DNA of 63,343 nt, the filler included. It is 8 parts of 8 records of this genome, joined end to end, with 100 filler letters (N's around TTAATTAATTAA, not from the genome) between each part and the next. Parts side by side here need not be neighbours in the genome. Positions count along the whole stretch, not along the records: positions 56,167 to 63,343 come from SRR31147125_11805; 7 more parts are not named here. One strand, 5' to 3'. Positions 60,785-63,343 of this stretch are shown piece by piece. Both the position numbers and the translations under genes were made by a program. The notes beneath the pieces are model-generated. The model was not told the DNA's origin. It worked only from the letters and a program-made list of their open reading frames with translations, and ran no database searches. How positions within the stretch are numbered: position 1 is the first letter of the stretch; every line of letters begins with the position of its first letter.

Positions 60785-61738
60785 ATGGCATTATTGAATA
60801 TTTTTTCGAAAGAGAAAAAAGACACGCTAAACAAAGGACTTGAAAAAACGAAAGAAAGCGTTTTTAAGAAACTTTCCCGTGCTGTCGTTGGAAAGTCAAG
60901 CGTAGATGATGAAGTCCTTGACAATCTCGAAGAAGTACTAATTACATCAGATGTTGGTGTAGATACTACATTAAAAATCATTGAACGAATCGAAGGTCGT
61001 GTTTCGAAAGATAAATATTTAGGGACCGATGAGCTTAACAATATCCTAAAGGAAGAGATTGCTTCTCTTTTAGAGGAAAATCAGTCAGGTGATGTTTCGG
61101 AATTTGAGGCTCCACTTGGAAAAAAGCCTTATGTTATAATGGTTGTTGGTGTAAATGGTGTTGGTAAAACGACTACTATTGGGAAACTTGCGCATCAATT
61201 TAAATTGGCTGGCAAGAATGTTATATTAGGTGCTGCTGATACTTTCCGCGCTGCAGCTGTTGATCAACTTACCATTTGGTCAGAAAGGGTAGGTGTTGAA
61301 ATTGTAAAACAAGGTATGGGTTCCGATCCTGCTTCCGTTGCTTTTGATACATTATCCTCTGCGCAAACAAAAAATGCAGATATTGTAATTATTGATACAG
61401 CCGGTAGATTGCATAATAAAATCAACCTTATGAACGAACTAACAAAAATTAAAAGAGTAATGCAAAAGGTTATTCCGGATGCCCCTCATGAAATTTTGTT
61501 GGTTTTAGATGGTTCAACGGGTCAAAATGCATTTGAACAAGCCAAGCAATTTACAAATGCAACAGAAGTTAATGCACTTGCATTAACAAAACTTGATGGC
61601 ACTGCCAAAGGTGGTGTTGTAATTGGAATTTCCGATCAATTTAAAATTCCGGTAAAATACATTGGAATAGGCGAGAAGATGGAAGACTTACAAGTTTTTA
61701 ATAGAAACGAATTTGTAGACTCTCTTTTCAGCAACTAA
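60785..61738 (+). CDS. ftsY: SRP receptor FtsY
   Basis: GVNGVGKTTT, DTFRAAA, DTAGR, TKLDGTAKGG. Confidence 0.98.
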   Translation: MALLNIFSKEKKDTLNKGLEKTKESVFKKLSRAVVGKSSVDDEVLDNLEEVLITSDVGVDTTLKIIERIEGRVSKDKYLGTDELNNILKEEIASLLEENQSGDVSEFEAPLGKKPYVIMVVGVNGVGKTTTIGKLAHQFKLAGKNVILGAADTFRAAAVDQLTIWSERVGVEIVKQGMGSDPASVAFDTLSSAQTKNADIVIIDTAGRLHNKINLMNELTKIKRVMQKVIPDAPHEILLVLDGSTGQNAFEQAKQFTNATEVNALALTKLDGTAKGGVVIGISDQFKIPVKYIGIGEKMEDLQVFNRNEFVDSLFSN

Positions 61739-61799
61739 TCATTTCATTTTTCAAATTAAAATATTAAACCACATAATACTTTATGTGGTTATCTTTTAT

Positions 61800-63102
61800 A
61801 TGAAAACAAAGCTTAAGAATAAAAAGGTGAACATTGTCACCCTTGGTTGTTCTAAGAATCTTGTTGATTCTGAGCAATTAGCGCGTCAGTTAGATGCAAA
61901 TAATCTTCAGGTTCATTATGATTCGAATAGCAGCGATGCCAAAAATGTGATTATAAATACTTGTGGATTTATTAAGGATGCAAAGGAAGAATCGGTAGAT
62001 ACAATTTTGCAGTTTGCCAAGGCAAAGGAAGAAGGAGATATTGAAAACCTTTTTGTGATGGGATGCCTCTCAGAGCGTTATAAAAAAGATCTGGAAACTG
62101 AAATCCCAGAAGTTGACAAATACTTTGGCACCAATGATATAAAAAATATTATCGAATCGCTTGGTGGTAATTTAAAATCTAATTTGCTTGGCGAACGTTT
62201 TCAATCCACCCCCTCTCATTATGCGTATTTAAAAATTTCAGAAGGTTGCGACAGGACGTGTTCTTTTTGTGCTATCCCGCTAATGCGTGGAAAACATAAG
62301 TCAAAATCCATAGAAAATATAATTGAAGAAACTGAAAATCTTGTTAAACAAGGTTCTAAAGAAATTATTCTTATTGCTCAGGATTTAACTTACTACGGTA
62401 TTGATCTTTATAAGGAAAATAAGCTGTCGTATTTGCTTCAAAAACTAACAGACGTTGATGGTTTGGAATGGCTGCGATTGCATTATGCCTACCCTACGGG
62501 TTTTCCAAGAGATATTATAAAAGTTATAAAAGAAAACGACAAAATTTGCAATTACCTCGATATACCTTTTCAGCACGTTAGCAATAATGTATTGAAAAAG
62601 ATGCGACGTGGAATTTCTATAAATCAAACATACGAGCTAATCGATTTTTTTAGAACAGAACACCCCGATCTTTCTCTTCGAACAACTTTAATGGTTGGTC
62701 ACCCTGGTGAAGATGAACAAAGTTTTGAAGATCTGATGAAATTTGTGGAAGAGGTTAAATTTAACAGGCTTGGTGTTTTTACATATTCTGAGGAAGAAGA
62801 TACCTATGGGGCAAGAAATTTACCCGACGAAATTCCAGAAGAAATAAAAACTGAGCGTCTTGAGAAAATTATGAGCCTTCAGCAATCAATCTCCAGAGAA
62901 AAATGAATCTTTGGTTGGACAGCAGGTAAAAGTTATTATTGATAGGGAAGAAGGGGATTATTTTATTGGCAGAACAGAGTTTGACTCTCCAGAAGTAGAT
63001 AATGAGGTTCTTATCCGTTCAAGCTCAAATTTGAAAACTGGAAATTTCTACAATGTGAAGATTACAGGTGCAGAAGATTTCGACTTGTTTGCTGAACAAT
63101 AA
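61800..63102 (+). CDS. rimO: S12 methylthiotransferase RimO (indel in A-run 62899-62903 detaches the TRAM domain)
   Basis: LGCSKNLVDSE, INTCGFI, CDRTCSFC radical-SAM motif, DSPEVD. Confidence 0.96.
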
Positions 63103-63103
63103 A

Positions 63104-63131
63104 AAAGGCCTGTCGTATTCGACAAGCCTTT
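63104..63131. terminator. Hairpin between convergent rimO and clp genes
   Basis: AAAGGCCTGTCG-TATT-CGACAAGCCTTT. Confidence 0.65.
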
Positions 63132-63151
63132 AAATATAAAGTATTTTACTT

Positions 63152-63343
63152 TTATTCTTCTTCCTCTTCGATAAATTTCTCTTCTTGTATTTTAACAAGA
63201 ATTTCTTCTTTTTTCTTGCTGAAGCCTACAAAGATTGTATCTCCTTCCTTCAACTCAGCTTTTATAATTACTTCTGCCATTGGATCTTCAAGATACTTTT
63301 GAATAGCACGCTTTAATGGTCTCGCACCAAACTGAATATCATA
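63152..63343 (-). CDS. clpC: Clp ATPase (ClpC/ClpB family) C-terminal end, truncated by window edge
   Basis: Reverse strand reads YDIQFGARPLKRAIQKYLEDPMAE. Confidence 0.85.
   Translation of the reverse strand, partial: YDIQFGARPLKRAIQKYLEDPMAEVIIKAELKEGDTIFVGFSKKKEEILVKIQEEKFIEEEEE

Noticed and set aside
10389-62627. Numerous short antisense or overlapping ORFs in the ORF track
   Set aside because: Shadows of well-supported genes, with no motifs or RBS support.

Overview
The window is not one locus. It is eight unrelated contigs joined by seven 100-bp spacers (N-run + TTAATTAATTAA + N-run), so adjacency across spacers means nothing. (1) 1-9218: head-tail module of a low-GC siphophage/prophage, including a programmed -1 frameshift tail chaperone that the ORF track misses. 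(2) 9319-19711: a complete type I-E CRISPR-Cas operon (cas3-cas8e-cas11-cas6e-cas7-cas5-cas1-cas2), then an extra translationally coupled DEDDy/RNase H-like exonuclease gene, the leader and the first repeat. This adaptation module (tail-less Cas1 + Cas2 + stand-alone YprB-like exonuclease) is the best candidate for an undescribed system. (3) 19812-27329: TlpA lipoprotein, XRE-RDD fusion, ABC-2 transporter, metzincin lipoprotein and three copies of a ~139-bp inverted-repeat element. (4) 27430-33119: beta-barrel protein, palindromic element, rfbD, priA, dksA. (5) 33220-41638: AT-rich contig with a 4Fe-4S protein, HD-GYP, MATE (attenuator-like leader), ddl and a divergent siaB-siaC / siaD-like c-di-GMP module. 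(6) 41739-50574: metG-tatD-rsmA-mgtE-recO-glyQS. (7) 50675-56066: two flippases, GT4, Nif3 and a lipoprotein nuclease. (8) 56167-63343: Bacteroidota secA, DUF433/DUF5615 pair, cinA, rpmB-rpmG-DUF4295, ftsY, rimO, clpC end. Many genes are broken by 1-nt indels in homopolymers, most likely sequencing errors. All family calls come from motifs recognised by eye; no database search was run.
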